DNA of 62,214 nt, filler included, from Candidatus Woesearchaeota archaeon (GTDB lineage Archaea > Nanobdellota > Nanobdellia > Woesearchaeales > GCA-2687795): NCBI GenBank assembly GCA_030753365.1. It is 5 parts of 5 records of this genome, joined end to end, with 100 filler letters (N's around TTAATTAATTAA, not from the genome) between each part and the next. Parts side by side here need not be neighbours in the genome. Positions count along the whole stretch, not along the records: positions 24,355 to 42,134 come from JASMCJ010000011.1; 4 more parts are not named here. The stretch is one strand, 5' to 3'. The notes beneath the pieces are model-generated. The model was not told the origin of the DNA. It searched no databases and was given only the letters and a program-made list of their open reading frames with translations. Positions 29,916 through 40,307 of this stretch are shown here, in pieces. The stretch's first letter is position 1. Every line of letters starts with the position of its first letter. A program made the translations under genes and the position numbers.

Positions 29916-30791
29916 ATGACTGAAGACAAGAAAGACGAGGAACAAGTAAAAGAAGAAACTGTGAAAACAGAAGATAATAAAGATAAATCTCCTGAAATAA
30001 AAGGGGGAAGCGGACCAACTGGACACAGGAGAAATGATTCTAATAAAAGGAAATCTTCATATGGTAGGGACCGTGGCAAGCCTGTGGCTTTTGATAAAGA
30101 GGGTTGGAAGCCAAGAACGTCACTAGGTGAACAGGTTAAAAAAGGGGACATAAAAGATATTGATGAAATACTTGACAATGGTATTAAGTATATAGAGCCG
30201 GAAATAGTTGATTGTTTCTTTCCTGATGCAGAAATTGAGTTGCTTTTAGTAGGCCAGTCAAAGGGAAAATTTGGAGGAGGCCAGAGAAGAGTTTTCAAGC
30301 AGACACAAAAGAAAACTAGGGAAGGAAACAAGCCTAAGTTTGCAACTACTGCAGCTATGGGGAATAAAAATGGATATATTGGTATAGGATATGGGAAAAG
30401 TAAGGAAACTGTACCTGCCAGAGAAAAAGCAATGAGAAATGCCAAGCTTAGTCTTATCAAAGTAAGAAGAGGATGCGGCAGTTGGGAATGCGGCTGCAAA
30501 ACAGCTCATAGCATACCTTTCAAAGTACAAGGCAAGTGCGGTTCAGTAATAATCACATTAATACCTGCTCCTAAGGGGACAGGACTTTGTATAAATGGAG
30601 AATGCAAGAAAATGTTAGCCCTTGCAGGCATAAAAGATGTATGGTCAAATGTAATAGGCAAAACTGCAACAAGTACAAACCTAATTAAGGCTTGTTTTAA
30701 GGCACTGAAACAGTTGATGATTGTTAAGATTAAGCCAGATGATGTAGAAAAATTAGGAATAATTGAAGGAAGTATGAAATCAGAATCATAG
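29916..30791 (+). CDS. rps5p: Ribosomal protein uS5 with N-terminal extension
   Basis: WKPRTSLG, RRGCGSWEC, PAPKGTGL. Confidence 0.96.
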   Translation: MTEDKKDEEQVKEETVKTEDNKDKSPEIKGGSGPTGHRRNDSNKRKSSYGRDRGKPVAFDKEGWKPRTSLGEQVKKGDIKDIDEILDNGIKYIEPEIVDCFFPDAEIELLLVGQSKGKFGGGQRRVFKQTQKKTREGNKPKFATTAAMGNKNGYIGIGYGKSKETVPAREKAMRNAKLSLIKVRRGCGSWECGCKTAHSIPFKVQGKCGSVIITLIPAPKGTGLCINGECKKMLALAGIKDVWSNVIGKTATSTNLIKACFKALKQLMIVKIKPDDVEKLGIIEGSMKSES

Positions 30792-30795
30792 AAAA

Positions 30796-31329
30796 ATGGA
30801 AAACGAGACAGAAAAATCAACAATGGAAAAGAAACCTGAAGAGAAAGCTGAAAAGCCGGTTGAAAAAAAGGTTGAAGCAGAAACAGGTAAAAGTATTGCA
30901 AAGAACATAGCAGTCATAAGAATAAGAGGATTAATCAACTTAAGAGGAGACATCAATGATACTCTTGATATGCTTAGGCTTTACAGGAAGAACTATTGTG
31001 TTGTGCTTCCTAACATACCAGCTATAATTGGTATGGTAAAGAAAGCTAAAGATTATATCACATGGGGAGAAATAGATGATGAAACTTATAAATTGCTAGT
31101 AGAGAAGAAAAGTGAAGAGTATAAGGGAAGAGAAGCTGATAGCAAGAATAAAATAAATTACAAAAATAAGTATTTTGTTTCTAATAATAAAAAGTATAAG
31201 AAATATTTCAGGCTAAGCCCGCCAAGAGGTGGATTTGAGAAAAAAGGGATTAAAACACCATTTTCTAAAGGTGGAGTGTTAGGCAACAGGAAAGAGAAGA
31301 TTAAAGAACTAATAAAAAAGATGCTTTGA
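30796..31329 (+). CDS. rpl30p: Ribosomal protein uL30
   Basis: IAVIRIRG, YITWGEI, FRLSPPRGG. Confidence 0.96.
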   Translation: MENETEKSTMEKKPEEKAEKPVEKKVEAETGKSIAKNIAVIRIRGLINLRGDINDTLDMLRLYRKNYCVVLPNIPAIIGMVKKAKDYITWGEIDDETYKLLVEKKSEEYKGREADSKNKINYKNKYFVSNNKKYKKYFRLSPPRGGFEKKGIKTPFSKGGVLGNRKEKIKELIKKML

Positions 31330-31346
31330 TTACAAGGTGCAAGGAA

Positions 31347-31907
31347 ATGACAATCAACAGACGTAAAAAGAATATAAGGCAGAGAGGTTATCATACTCAT
31401 GGCTGGGGCGCTAAAAAGAAGCATAGAGGCGCTGGTAGCAGAGGCGGAAGAGGAAATGCTGGTACAGGTAAGAGAGGAGACGTTAAGAAACCTAGCATTT
31501 GGAAAGATAGTAAATACTTTGGAAGGCATAACTTCAAAAGACCAGGACTTGAAAGAGCAGTTAAAAGTATAAATATTTCTAATATTGAGCTACAGTTTGA
31601 AAAATTGGTTGCGTTAAAGAATATTGTAGATAAATCAGGGCTTTTTGAGATTGATCTTGGCAAGCTGAAGTATAACAAGCTGCTTGGAAAAGGAAAAGCC
31701 ACAAGAAAATATAATATTATTGTTAGAACTGCATCAACAAAAGCTGTAAGCAAAGTTGAAGCAGCAGGCGGGAAAGTTGTGGTAGAGCCTAAGAAGGAGA
31801 AACCTATTAATAATCCTAAGAAACCTGATGAAGCTAAGCTAAAGCCTGAAGCAAGCGCTCAAAAAGAGAAAGAGCCTGTGAAAGCTGAAACTGAGCCTAA
31901 AAAATAG
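31347..31907 (+). CDS. rpl15p: Ribosomal protein uL15
   Basis: RGYHTHGWG..HRGAGSRGGRG, KLLGKG. Confidence 0.96.
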   Translation: MTINRRKKNIRQRGYHTHGWGAKKKHRGAGSRGGRGNAGTGKRGDVKKPSIWKDSKYFGRHNFKRPGLERAVKSINISNIELQFEKLVALKNIVDKSGLFEIDLGKLKYNKLLGKGKATRKYNIIVRTASTKAVSKVEAAGGKVVVEPKKEKPINNPKKPDEAKLKPEASAQKEKEPVKAETEPKK

Positions 31908-31921
31908 TTTGTGCCTAAAAA

Positions 31922-33313
31922 ATGAGCTTTTTTAAGAAACTTATACTAAATCTTCCGGAAGTTGCATCTCCAACACAGAAAAGGCTCTCTTTCAAGGAAA
32001 AGATTAAATGGACAATTCTCGTATTAGTATTATTCTTTATTCTGGGCATGATACCTTTATTTGGGTTAGGGCCTAATGCATTACAGCAATTTGAATATTT
32101 ATCTATAATCTTAGGAGCTAAGTTCGGTTCAATAATATCTTTAGGAATTGGGCCAATAGTAACAGCATCAATCGTGCTGCAGCTGTTAAATGGCTCAGGA
32201 ATAGTAAAGTTTGACTTAAACTCGCATGAAGGTAAACAGAACTTTCAGGGAATACAGAAATTGCTTGCTATATTTTTCATAATCTTTGAAGCTGCAATCT
32301 ATGTATTCATGGGAGGGTTAGCTCCAGCGTCTCAGTTTGCAGGCACACCGCTTTACTTTCAGTTTCAGTTATTGTTAATATTTCAATTGTTTTTAGGGGG
32401 CATGCTAATACTCTTCATGGATGAAATAATCTCCAAATGGGGCTTTGGCTCTGGAATATCATTATTTATAGTAGCAGGGGTGTCTGAGCAAATATTCATA
32501 AGAGCGTTTTCACCTTTACCTTCACCTGCAAATCCAAGTATTGCAACAGGTGCAATACCTGCATTATTCCAGTCTTTGGCAGCAGGAGATCCAAGAACAG
32601 CTGGCTTAATGTTAGCAGGAGTAATAGCAACAGCATTAGTGTTTGCAATAGCAGTATATGCACAGGCAATGAAAGTGGAAATACCATTATCATTCGGTAG
32701 AGTAAGAGGGCATGGAGTTAGATGGCCGTTAAGCTTTATCTATACATCAAACATTCCAGTTATATTAGTAGCAGCGTTAATGGCAAACATACAGTTATGG
32801 GCGAGATTATTGCAGAACTGGGGGCATCCCTTCTTGGGAAGATTTGTAGGTAACACACCAGTCTCAGGCATTGTGAGCTGGCTGTATTCACCTGATCTTG
32901 TTGGCAGGATAATCAAAGGCAGTTTCTTATGGTCAGACTTAGGGCATTCAGCAGTCTATATACTGGTAATGATGTTAGGAGCTATGATGTTCTCAATATT
33001 TTGGGTTCAAACAGCTGGCATGGATGCAAGAAGCCAGGCAAAACAGATGTTGAATTCTGGGCTGCAAATACCAGGGTTTAGAAGGGATGAAAGAATACTT
33101 GAAAGATTACTTAACAGGTATATCTGGCCATTAGCTATAATGGGAGCGCTGACAGTTGGATTGTTAGCAGCGCTTGCGGATTTATCTGGAGCTCTTAGCT
33201 CTGGAACAGGAATATTACTTTCAGTGATGATAATCTATAAACTATATGAAGAAATTGCTCAGCAGCATATGATGGACATGCATCCAATGATGAGAAAGTT
33301 TATGGAAGGTTAA
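31922..33313 (+). CDS. secY: Preprotein translocase SecY
   Basis: LGIGPIVTASI, SKWGFGSGISLFI, YTSNIPVI, IPGFRR. Confidence 0.98.
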   Translation: MSFFKKLILNLPEVASPTQKRLSFKEKIKWTILVLVLFFILGMIPLFGLGPNALQQFEYLSIILGAKFGSIISLGIGPIVTASIVLQLLNGSGIVKFDLNSHEGKQNFQGIQKLLAIFFIIFEAAIYVFMGGLAPASQFAGTPLYFQFQLLLIFQLFLGGMLILFMDEIISKWGFGSGISLFIVAGVSEQIFIRAFSPLPSPANPSIATGAIPALFQSLAAGDPRTAGLMLAGVIATALVFAIAVYAQAMKVEIPLSFGRVRGHGVRWPLSFIYTSNIPVILVAALMANIQLWARLLQNWGHPFLGRFVGNTPVSGIVSWLYSPDLVGRIIKGSFLWSDLGHSAVYILVMMLGAMMFSIFWVQTAGMDARSQAKQMLNSGLQIPGFRRDERILERLLNRYIWPLAIMGALTVGLLAALADLSGALSSGTGILLSVMIIYKLYEEIAQQHMMDMHPMMRKFMEG

Positions 33314-33361
33314 TAGTAGATAAGGAAAAACTTTTATATTCTAAGATTTATAATAAGATTA

Positions 33362-33748
33362 ATGAAGAGTAATAAATGGATAAAAGAGATTGCAAGAGAT
33401 TCTATTGCATTAGGCTCAATACCTTTCTATTTTATTCTGATTATAAGAGCAGTCATAGGGAAATATAATATCTTTGTTTATCAATTGTTGATAGCATTGG
33501 CTGTGTTAGTAGGATTTTCTTTTATAGTGAAGAAATCTAATATGCACATTGCAAGATGCTTTGTGTTATGGATGTTTAGTTCATTGTTCTATAAAGATAC
33601 TTTGTTTACAGTGTTTGCGTTTATACTTTGGGTTGTAGTAGTAATATCATCATATTATCTTAAAGCTAAGAAAAGTGCAATAATTAAAGGTGTTTTGTTA
33701 GGTCTTTTGAGCTCTGGAGCTGCTTACTATCTTGCTGGGATGATATGA
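33362..33748 (+). CDS. Small membrane protein
   Basis: Hydrophobic 128-aa ORF. Confidence 0.7.
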   Translation: MKSNKWIKEIARDSIALGSIPFYFILIIRAVIGKYNIFVYQLLIALAVLVGFSFIVKKSNMHIARCFVLWMFSSLFYKDTLFTVFAFILWVVVVISSYYLKAKKSAIIKGVLLGLLSSGAAYYLAGMI

Positions 33749-34839
33749 CTCTTTTTGCGGAGGAAGTTTCTGATCCTGTATGATTTTTGATAAAAGACTA
33801 AATCTTTTTTTGCTTCTTTTAGTTTTTTTCCTTCATAGACTACTGCATACAGTTCTTCCAGTATGGGAAGATGAAGCCTTGATTGTGTTGTTAGATCATA
33901 CATTGACTTAACTACTCTCAAACCTTCAATGCAGTCATGTTTCATCTTTCTCTTAGCAGCTTTCAAGCTATGCCTTGCCATAAGCCTTCCAAATCTTCCG
34001 TTTCTTCCAAACTTGTAGGTAACTTCAAGGTCAGGGTATCCTGCAGGAGTGTTATCGTATGTTGCTGGATTCATCTTTAGATATTTGAGGATCCTTTTGG
34101 TATCTCTTCCGCAAGCATAGAAAAAGTTTGCAACTGCATTACCTTTAAAGCCAAGTCCAATGCAAGCTCCAAGTGCCATGGCATAGACTTGTTTAAGAAT
34201 TCCACAGTATTCAACAGATTTAACATCATCGCTTCTATGTAAGAGTAGGTAAGGTTTGCATTCCAGCTTGGAAAAAAGACCTGAATTTACTTTGTCTGAA
34301 TCAAAGGCAATCACTGAGCATGCGGGCTGTGTTTCAGTGCTTTTGTTGAGCAGATCCCTTGCTCTTTTTATAAGGCTTTTGTCAAAGTTTGAGGCAACCT
34401 CCCTAGCAATGTTCGGTCCTGATAATACTGCATAGGGCTTGTCTGGCATAACCTCTTCAAAAGCATATGAGATGGGCTTATCGTCTATGACTCCTTTTGA
34501 AGCGTTTACAAACTGCTTAAAATCAAGCTCTCTAAGCCTTAACAGATAGTCCATCAGATATTGAGAAGGTATAGTTGAGACAACTATATCAGAACCGTTA
34601 ACAACATCCTCAAGGCTCTCAGAAACAGAAACATTTTCTGGAACTTCAACATGAAGGAAGCCTTTCTTGGGAAGATGTCTGTGCTTGCTTACATATTCTG
34701 CTAAAGAGCCTTTATATGCTCTGCTCTCTGGGCGTATCCAAAGGTTTATATCAACATTATCATCATTTAGATACTTATTACCATAGAGAACAGCAAGAGT
34801 GGTGCCCCATCTGCCTCCACCTAATACAGATAATTTCAT
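33727..34839 (-). CDS. gpsA: NAD(P)H-dependent glycerol-3-phosphate dehydrogenase-like protein
   Basis: VLGGGRWGTTLA, ASKG, VLSGPNIAREV, VEYCGILK, GRN, IEG. Confidence 0.85.
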   Translation of the reverse strand: MKLSVLGGGRWGTTLAVLYGNKYLNDDNVDINLWIRPESRAYKGSLAEYVSKHRHLPKKGFLHVEVPENVSVSESLEDVVNGSDIVVSTIPSQYLMDYLLRLRELDFKQFVNASKGVIDDKPISYAFEEVMPDKPYAVLSGPNIAREVASNFDKSLIKRARDLLNKSTETQPACSVIAFDSDKVNSGLFSKLECKPYLLLHRSDDVKSVEYCGILKQVYAMALGACIGLGFKGNAVANFFYACGRDTKRILKYLKMNPATYDNTPAGYPDLEVTYKFGRNGRFGRLMARHSLKAAKRKMKHDCIEGLRVVKSMYDLTTQSRLHLPILEELYAVVYEGKKLKEAKKDLVFYQKSYRIRNFLRKKSHIIPAR

Positions 34840-34928
34840 TGTATATTTGGAGTTACTGTATGGTTTTTAAAGGTTGTTGTGGTATAGAACAAAAGGCTTT
34901 TAACAAATGCCTTATTTTATATGAATCT

Positions 34929-35207
34929 ATGGAAGAAATAATGACACGGCTTGAAGATTGGCTTAAGGATGTCGAGCTTCCAGAAATGGCTAAGACATGT
35001 ATTGAGAACTTCGTTTGCAGTTGTGAGCAGTTGGAGAAGAAAGATATGCTTAATTTTGTCTATTTAGATATAATACATTTCAGTTCTCAAGTTCAAGATA
35101 CGCTTATTCAGGGATTTTTCTATTCTTATTTTGGTGTTAACATAGAAAAAGATATGATTAAGCATTTTGTTGATTATTTTGTTGTTTCTGGGTATCATAA
35201 TAACTAG
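34929..35207 (+). CDS. Hypothetical protein
   Basis: MEEIMTRLED start within a longer ORF. Confidence 0.5.
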   Translation: MEEIMTRLEDWLKDVELPEMAKTCIENFVCSCEQLEKKDMLNFVYLDIIHFSSQVQDTLIQGFFYSYFGVNIEKDMIKHFVDYFVVSGYHNN

Positions 35208-35294
35208 AAACCCTAACATTTATAAACCATTTCGCATTTCTAGGGTATATAACCCGTAGACTACTCTACTATATGTGAGTAGGAGGGCATTAAA

Positions 35295-35972
35295 ATGGAT
35301 AAGAAACTAATACTAGACACTTTAGAGAAGGCTAAGAAAGACAGCAAGAAGCGAAACTTTAAGCAGTCAGTTGATTTGCTAATCAATCTTAAAGGGCTTG
35401 ACCTTAAAAAGCCTGAGCATCAAAAAGAATTCTTTATAACATTACATGAAGGTAGAGGTCAGAAGAGTAAAGTCTGCGCGCTTGTACCTGATGAATTAGA
35501 AGCAAAAGCAAAAGATGTCTATGATGCTGTTATAAAAGAATCAGACTTTGAGAGAACTTCTAAGGATAAGGCTTTAATGAGAAAGCTTGCAAAAGATCAT
35601 GAATATTTTGTTGCAATAGCTACAATCATGCCAAAGATTGCTATGCACTTTGGTAAAGTTCTTGGGCCAAAAGGAAAGATGCCAAACCCTAAATTAGGGT
35701 GTGTTCTGCCGCCTACTGCTGATATGAAACCTTTATATGAAAAGCTGCAGAAGACGTTGAGGATTACAATCAGAGCAAGTTCTCATGTATTATGCAAACT
35801 TGGCAAAGAAGATGATGATGTGGAAAAGATTTATGATAATCTAATGACAATATACAATGGTGTGGTATCACACCTTCCAAATGATAAGCAGAATGTTAAG
35901 AATGTATGCCTTAAGCTTACAATGGGACATCCTATCAAGATAGAGAAAGAAAAAGAAAAACAGAAGAAATAA
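35295..35972 (+). CDS. rpl1p: Ribosomal protein uL1
   Basis: KRNFKQSVDL, GKVLGPKGKMP, KLTMG. Confidence 0.97.
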   Translation: MDKKLILDTLEKAKKDSKKRNFKQSVDLLINLKGLDLKKPEHQKEFFITLHEGRGQKSKVCALVPDELEAKAKDVYDAVIKESDFERTSKDKALMRKLAKDHEYFVAIATIMPKIAMHFGKVLGPKGKMPNPKLGCVLPPTADMKPLYEKLQKTLRITIRASSHVLCKLGKEDDDVEKIYDNLMTIYNGVVSHLPNDKQNVKNVCLKLTMGHPIKIEKEKEKQKK

Positions 35973-35978
35973 ATTAAA

Positions 35979-37517
35979 ATGGCGCATGTTGCAGAATATA
36001 AGAAGGAAATTGTAAAGTGTTATGTTGATGATATTGCTAAATATCCTGTAATTGCAGTTGCAAACCTTGAGAGCCTGCCAGCTCAGCAGCTGCAGAATAT
36101 AAGGGGACAGATAAGAGGAACAATAGCACTAAGGATGAGCAGAAAGAAGCTTATGAAACTGGCTATTGAACAATCAAAAGAATCTAAAAAGAATGTTGAA
36201 GCTTTGATAGAACATTTTGATGGCATGCCAGCGTTAGTGTTTACAGAAGAAAACCCGTTCAAACTTTTTAAGATATTGTCAAAGAACAAGAGCAGCGCTC
36301 CTGCAAAAGCAGGACAGAAAGCTCCTAAAGATATAATCATCAAGCCAGGCGCAACACAGTTTGCTCCAGGACCAGTTATCAGTGAGCTAAGCTCAGTTGG
36401 CCTTAAAGTTGGTGTTGAAGATGGAAAAGTTGCAGTGAAAGAGGAATGCACGCTTGTGAAAGGCGGTGAAGTTATTACTGAAGAAATGGCTAATGTTCTT
36501 GCAAAGCTGGGAGAAAAGCCAATGGAAGTTGGGCTTAACCTTACAGCAGTTTATGAAAAAGGAACAATATTCTTAAGAGATGTGCTTGATATAGATGAAG
36601 AGAAATTCATGAGCAATCTTTGTGAGGCAGGTGCATCAGCATTGAACCTTGCAGTAGAAATTGGTTATCCTACAAAAGATACAATTGAATTATTGGTTGG
36701 CAAGGCAGGTCTTGCTGCTAAAGCTATAGCAAAGGAATGCAATATACTTACAAGTGAAACAGTAAGCGATTCATTGGAAGCTGCTGAAAGAGAATCTCTT
36801 GGCTTGAAAGATGCAGCAGGCGTGGAAGTGCCTGAGAAAAAGGTAGAAGAAAAGCCAGTTGAAGAGAAGCCTAAGGAAGAAGCAGCTCCAGTAGAAGAAA
36901 AGGCTCCTGTTGAAGAAAAACAGAAAGAGGAAAAGCCAACTGAAGCAGAGAAGCCTAAAGAAGAGGTAGCTCCTGTAGAAGAAGTTAAAGCTGAAGAGAA
37001 GCCTGAAGAAAAACCAGTTGAGAAAGCCAAAGCTGAAGAACCTAAGGAAAAAGAACAGCCTAAAGAGAAAGAGCCTGTTGAAGAGCTTGCAGAAGAAATG
37101 TCCAAAGAAGAGCATAAGCCTTCTGAAGATAAAAAGGAAGAGTCTAAACAGGAAGAAAAACCTATTGAAGAACCTAAACCAAATGAGCAGAAACCTCGTG
37201 TAATGGATAAGGTTGATAGGGAAGTTGATAAGATGGTTCAGAATGTGAAAGATCATGAAAGCGGAGAAGATAAGAAAAAAAGCGCTGAATTCATAGTTAA
37301 TGAAATAGAAACTCAGGAAAAAGTCAGGAAAGAGGAAAAGAAAAAAGAAGGTGAAATTAAAGAAAAAGAAGAACAGCAGTTAAAACCTGGAGAAATTCCT
37401 AAAGCAGATGATTTAGCAGCTAAAAATAAAAAAGCTGAAGATAAAAAGGATGAAGAGCAGGCTAAAGCTGAAGAACTTTTTGAAAAGCTTAAGAAGAAAG
37501 GCACTTTGAGGGAATAA
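35979..37517 (+). CDS. rplP0: Ribosomal protein uL10 (P0) with ~230-aa K/E/P-rich tail
   Basis: MAHVAEYKK, NPFKL, APAKAG, FAPGP. Confidence 0.95.
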   Translation: MAHVAEYKKEIVKCYVDDIAKYPVIAVANLESLPAQQLQNIRGQIRGTIALRMSRKKLMKLAIEQSKESKKNVEALIEHFDGMPALVFTEENPFKLFKILSKNKSSAPAKAGQKAPKDIIIKPGATQFAPGPVISELSSVGLKVGVEDGKVAVKEECTLVKGGEVITEEMANVLAKLGEKPMEVGLNLTAVYEKGTIFLRDVLDIDEEKFMSNLCEAGASALNLAVEIGYPTKDTIELLVGKAGLAAKAIAKECNILTSETVSDSLEAAERESLGLKDAAGVEVPEKKVEEKPVEEKPKEEAAPVEEKAPVEEKQKEEKPTEAEKPKEEVAPVEEVKAEEKPEEKPVEKAKAEEPKEKEQPKEKEPVEELAEEMSKEEHKPSEDKKEESKQEEKPIEEPKPNEQKPRVMDKVDREVDKMVQNVKDHESGEDKKKSAEFIVNEIETQEKVRKEEKKKEGEIKEKEEQQLKPGEIPKADDLAAKNKKAEDKKDEEQAKAEELFEKLKKKGTLRE

Positions 37518-37572
37518 AAATTATACTTACAATTAATTTAAAAAAAATATGATTGAATAGGAGGAATTAACA

Positions 37573-37887
37573 ATGGAATACATACACGCAGCATTGCTTT
37601 TACACAAAGCAGGTAAAAAGGTAGATGAGCCTTCCGTAAAGAAGGTGCTTGAAGCAGCAGGCGTTGCTCCAGATGATGGTAGAGTGAAAGCTTTAATAGC
37701 ATCACTTGAAGGAGTTAACATAGACGAAGCTGTACAGAAAGCATCAGTTCCAGTTGCTCAGGCAGCTCCAGCAGGAGAGGCTAAAAGCGATGGGAAAAAG
37801 GAAGAAGGAAAGAAAAAAGAAAAACCTGCTGAAGATGAAAAATCAGAAGAAAAAGCAGCTGAAGGATTGTCTAGTTTATTCGGCTAA
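37573..37887 (+). CDS. rpl12p: Ribosomal stalk protein P1 (aL12)
   Basis: [11 protein letters not shown] ... GLSSLFG. Confidence 0.97.
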   Translation: MEYIHAALLLHKAGKKVDEPSVKKVLEAAGVAPDDGRVKALIASLEGVNIDEAVQKASVPVAQAAPAGEAKSDGKKEEGKKKEKPAEDEKSEEKAAEGLSSLFG

Positions 37888-37902
37888 GAGTAATGGCTTA
37901 AA

Positions 37903-38808
37903 ATGCTTTCAAGGGAAGAGGAAACTGAGTTAACTAAGGAATTAGGTAAAGTCAGGAAGGAAATAGTAGATTTAGGAAGAGAGCTAACCCTTGTTGATGA
38001 AGAGAAAGAAGCAGCCTTTGAAAATAAAGAGAAGTATGATAATGACATTGATGAAGCTATAAAGAAAATTCGGCTTTTGAAAGCAGGAAGAGATTCTCTT
38101 ATTTCTCAGATTAAAGATGATAAAGAACTAAGAAAAGTGCTGAACACAGAGTTCAGGCAGAATGTTCTCAAGATTAAAGAAGTAAGAGAATCTCAAAAAG
38201 CGTTGATAGAAAAGCATGGAATAAGTGATCCTACCAGAATAAAAGAAACTATAGGAGATATGGAGTATAAAATAGAAACAGAAGTCATGTCCTTTGAAAA
38301 AGAAAAGGAATTAATGAAAAAGATAAAAGATCTCAAGAAGAAAAGCGGTAAAGTAAGTACCTTATATAATCTTAGCAAAGAGATAAGTGATAATTCTAAG
38401 GATTTAAACATATTAAAAGATGGCTCAAATGATGTTCACCAAAAGATACAAAGTAGAGCATTAACTGCGCAGAATAAGCATGAAGAGTTCATAACCATCA
38501 TAAAAGGGATTGATGAACTCAAGAAGAAAAAGAGTGAATGGCTGCAGAAGTTCTTTAAGCTGAAAATGAAATACACAACAGTGAATGCAGCATTGAAAGA
38601 GAAGCTTGGCATAATGAATGGATTAAATAATAAATATCGAGAAAATTTTAAAGGTAAGAAGAAAAAGAAAGAAGAAATAATCAAAGAGCAGCTCAAAAGC
38701 AAAGAAGAGATTGTACAGAATAAAATGAAAAATGGGGAGAAGCTTACTAATGAGGATTTGTTGGTGTTCCAGGCAGAAAGTAATTTGATAGATAGAAAAA
38801 ACCATTAA
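37903..38808 (+). CDS. Archaeal coiled-coil protein (COG1340-like)
   Basis: Long heptads, IETEVMSFEKEK, GEKLTNEDLLVFQ. Confidence 0.7.
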   Translation: MLSREEETELTKELGKVRKEIVDLGRELTLVDEEKEAAFENKEKYDNDIDEAIKKIRLLKAGRDSLISQIKDDKELRKVLNTEFRQNVLKIKEVRESQKALIEKHGISDPTRIKETIGDMEYKIETEVMSFEKEKELMKKIKDLKKKSGKVSTLYNLSKEISDNSKDLNILKDGSNDVHQKIQSRALTAQNKHEEFITIIKGIDELKKKKSEWLQKFFKLKMKYTTVNAALKEKLGIMNGLNNKYRENFKGKKKKKEEIIKEQLKSKEEIVQNKMKNGEKLTNEDLLVFQAESNLIDRKNH

Positions 38809-38854
38809 TTCTTTAGTTTAGAATGTATGATAAATTATTCTTAGTAACTAATAT

Positions 38855-39049
38855 TTATTCTTTCTTTCCCAGAAAATTAGTGTAACCGCACTTGCCACAG
38901 CTTTCCCTGTCATTATGCTTTGCAAGGAAGACTCCTTCACCGCACTTAGGGCAGGACTTGTTCTTTCTCTTTAACTCACTGCCTGATGCATCATACATTT
39001 CCCCTTTCTTGTTTTGTTTATGGGGCTTGCCTTTTGCTTTCTTTGCCAT
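38855..39049 (-). CDS. rps27ae: Ribosomal protein eS31 (S27ae)
   Basis: [20 protein letters not shown]. Confidence 0.96.
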   Translation of the reverse strand: MAKKAKGKPHKQNKKGEMYDASGSELKRKNKSCPKCGEGVFLAKHNDRESCGKCGYTNFLGKKE

Positions 39050-39056
39050 CTTCTAA

Positions 39057-39467
39057 TTATTTCTTAGCTTCCTCTTTGTTATCATCTTTAGCTTCAGGTT
39101 TTGCTTCTTTTTTAGGAGTTTCCTCCTTCTTAGCGTCTCCCTTTGCTTCTGCTGGCTTTTCTGGTTCTTTCTTCTCTTCCTTAGGTTTCTTACCTTCTCC
39201 TTTCTTCTTTTTGCCTTCCTTTGGCTCAATCTTTTTCATGTTTTCTTCGTCTTTGTAAACATAAGCCAAAACACTTGCTTTCTCAAGGCCAAATGCTGTT
39301 TTTATTTCTTTTATAATAGTAAGCTCTGGCTTTGAAGCAGTCTTCTCAGCAATCTGTTTTTTAACAGCTTCTTTAGATGGAGTGCTACCTGTAAAATTTA
39401 GTTCAGCTCTAACTTCAATCCTGTGAAGCAAAGGGTTTTCAGTCTTTGATTTGATTTCTAAGTTCAT
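39057..39467 (-). CDS. rps24e: Ribosomal protein eS24 with K/E tail
   Basis: ENPLLHR, STPS, TAFG. Confidence 0.94.
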   Translation of the reverse strand: MNLEIKSKTENPLLHRIEVRAELNFTGSTPSKEAVKKQIAEKTASKPELTIIKEIKTAFGLEKASVLAYVYKDEENMKKIEPKEGKKKKGEGKKPKEEKKEPEKPAEAKGDAKKEETPKKEAKPEAKDDNKEEAKK

Positions 39468-39504
39468 TTTTATTAAGATTTATTTTGATTAGAGTCTATG
39501 TTAT

Positions 39505-39687
39505 CTATCTTACCTTGATAGCGTACTCGCCTTTGACTGTGATCTCCATCTTCTGCGCAATCATTGACTTGTTAGCATCAGCAATGAAAATCCTGCCCTG
39601 CCAGTTTGTACTAAATTGGTTACCCTTACAAACGGGGCAGTTGTTGCCATCTACAAATAGTTTACAGCTTTTGCATACTTTTTTCAT
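39505..39687 (-). CDS. spt4: Transcription elongation factor Spt4 (RpoE'')
   Basis: CKSC..CPVC..WQG..GEYAIKVR. Confidence 0.95.
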   Translation of the reverse strand: MKKVCKSCKLFVDGNNCPVCKGNQFSTNWQGRIFIADANKSMIAQKMEITVKGEYAIKVR

Positions 39688-40307
39688 TTTTTAGCCTTAG
39701 TTTTTTTACTTTTAGTCTCTTTGGTTTCCTTAGCGCTGGTTTTAGCAGGCGCTTTCTTCTTCTTAGTTGTTTCTTCTTCAATCCAATCTAATCTGCCTAA
39801 GAAAGGCTGTCGCATTGTCAATCCTAACTTAGGGTTGGCAACATCCTTGAAAGAAACAGCAATGATTCTTGCTTTGCATAAATCGTTAACTTTCAGTGAT
39901 CTCTTGCTTTCCTTGCCGGCCAAGACCTTATCCTTGCCAAAGGAAACAAAGTCATCCATGGTCTGTGAAATATGAATCATTCCATCGATTGGTCCCATAG
40001 TGATAAACGCGCCAAAATCAGTAATATCTCTTATCTTGCCAGTTATAATTTCCTGTTGCTCTGGCTTGAATGATATAAGCTCAAAAGTTGTATCATAATA
40101 AGAGGCGCCGTCTCCTGGAATGATAACACCTTTACCTATCTCGTTTATATTTGTTACAGTAACAGCTATGCCAGTTTCCATAGATATAAACCCTTCATAT
40201 TTCTTATTAACAACCTGTAGTATAGCCTCTTCTACTGGTAAATCAAACAGAGTAGGTGATACTCTTATATGGTCTTTTATTGTTAATTTGTAAAACATTT
40301 TATTCAA
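39684..40307 (-). CDS. rpo7: RNA polymerase subunit Rpo7 (E')
   Basis: IIPGDG, FGAFITMGPIDGMIHISQ, LTMRQPFLG. Confidence 0.96.
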   Translation of the reverse strand: MNKMFYKLTIKDHIRVSPTLFDLPVEEAILQVVNKKYEGFISMETGIAVTVTNINEIGKGVIIPGDGASYYDTTFELISFKPEQQEIITGKIRDITDFGAFITMGPIDGMIHISQTMDDFVSFGKDKVLAGKESKRSLKVNDLCKARIIAVSFKDVANPKLGLTMRQPFLGRLDWIEEETTKKKKAPAKTSAKETKETKSKKTKAKK

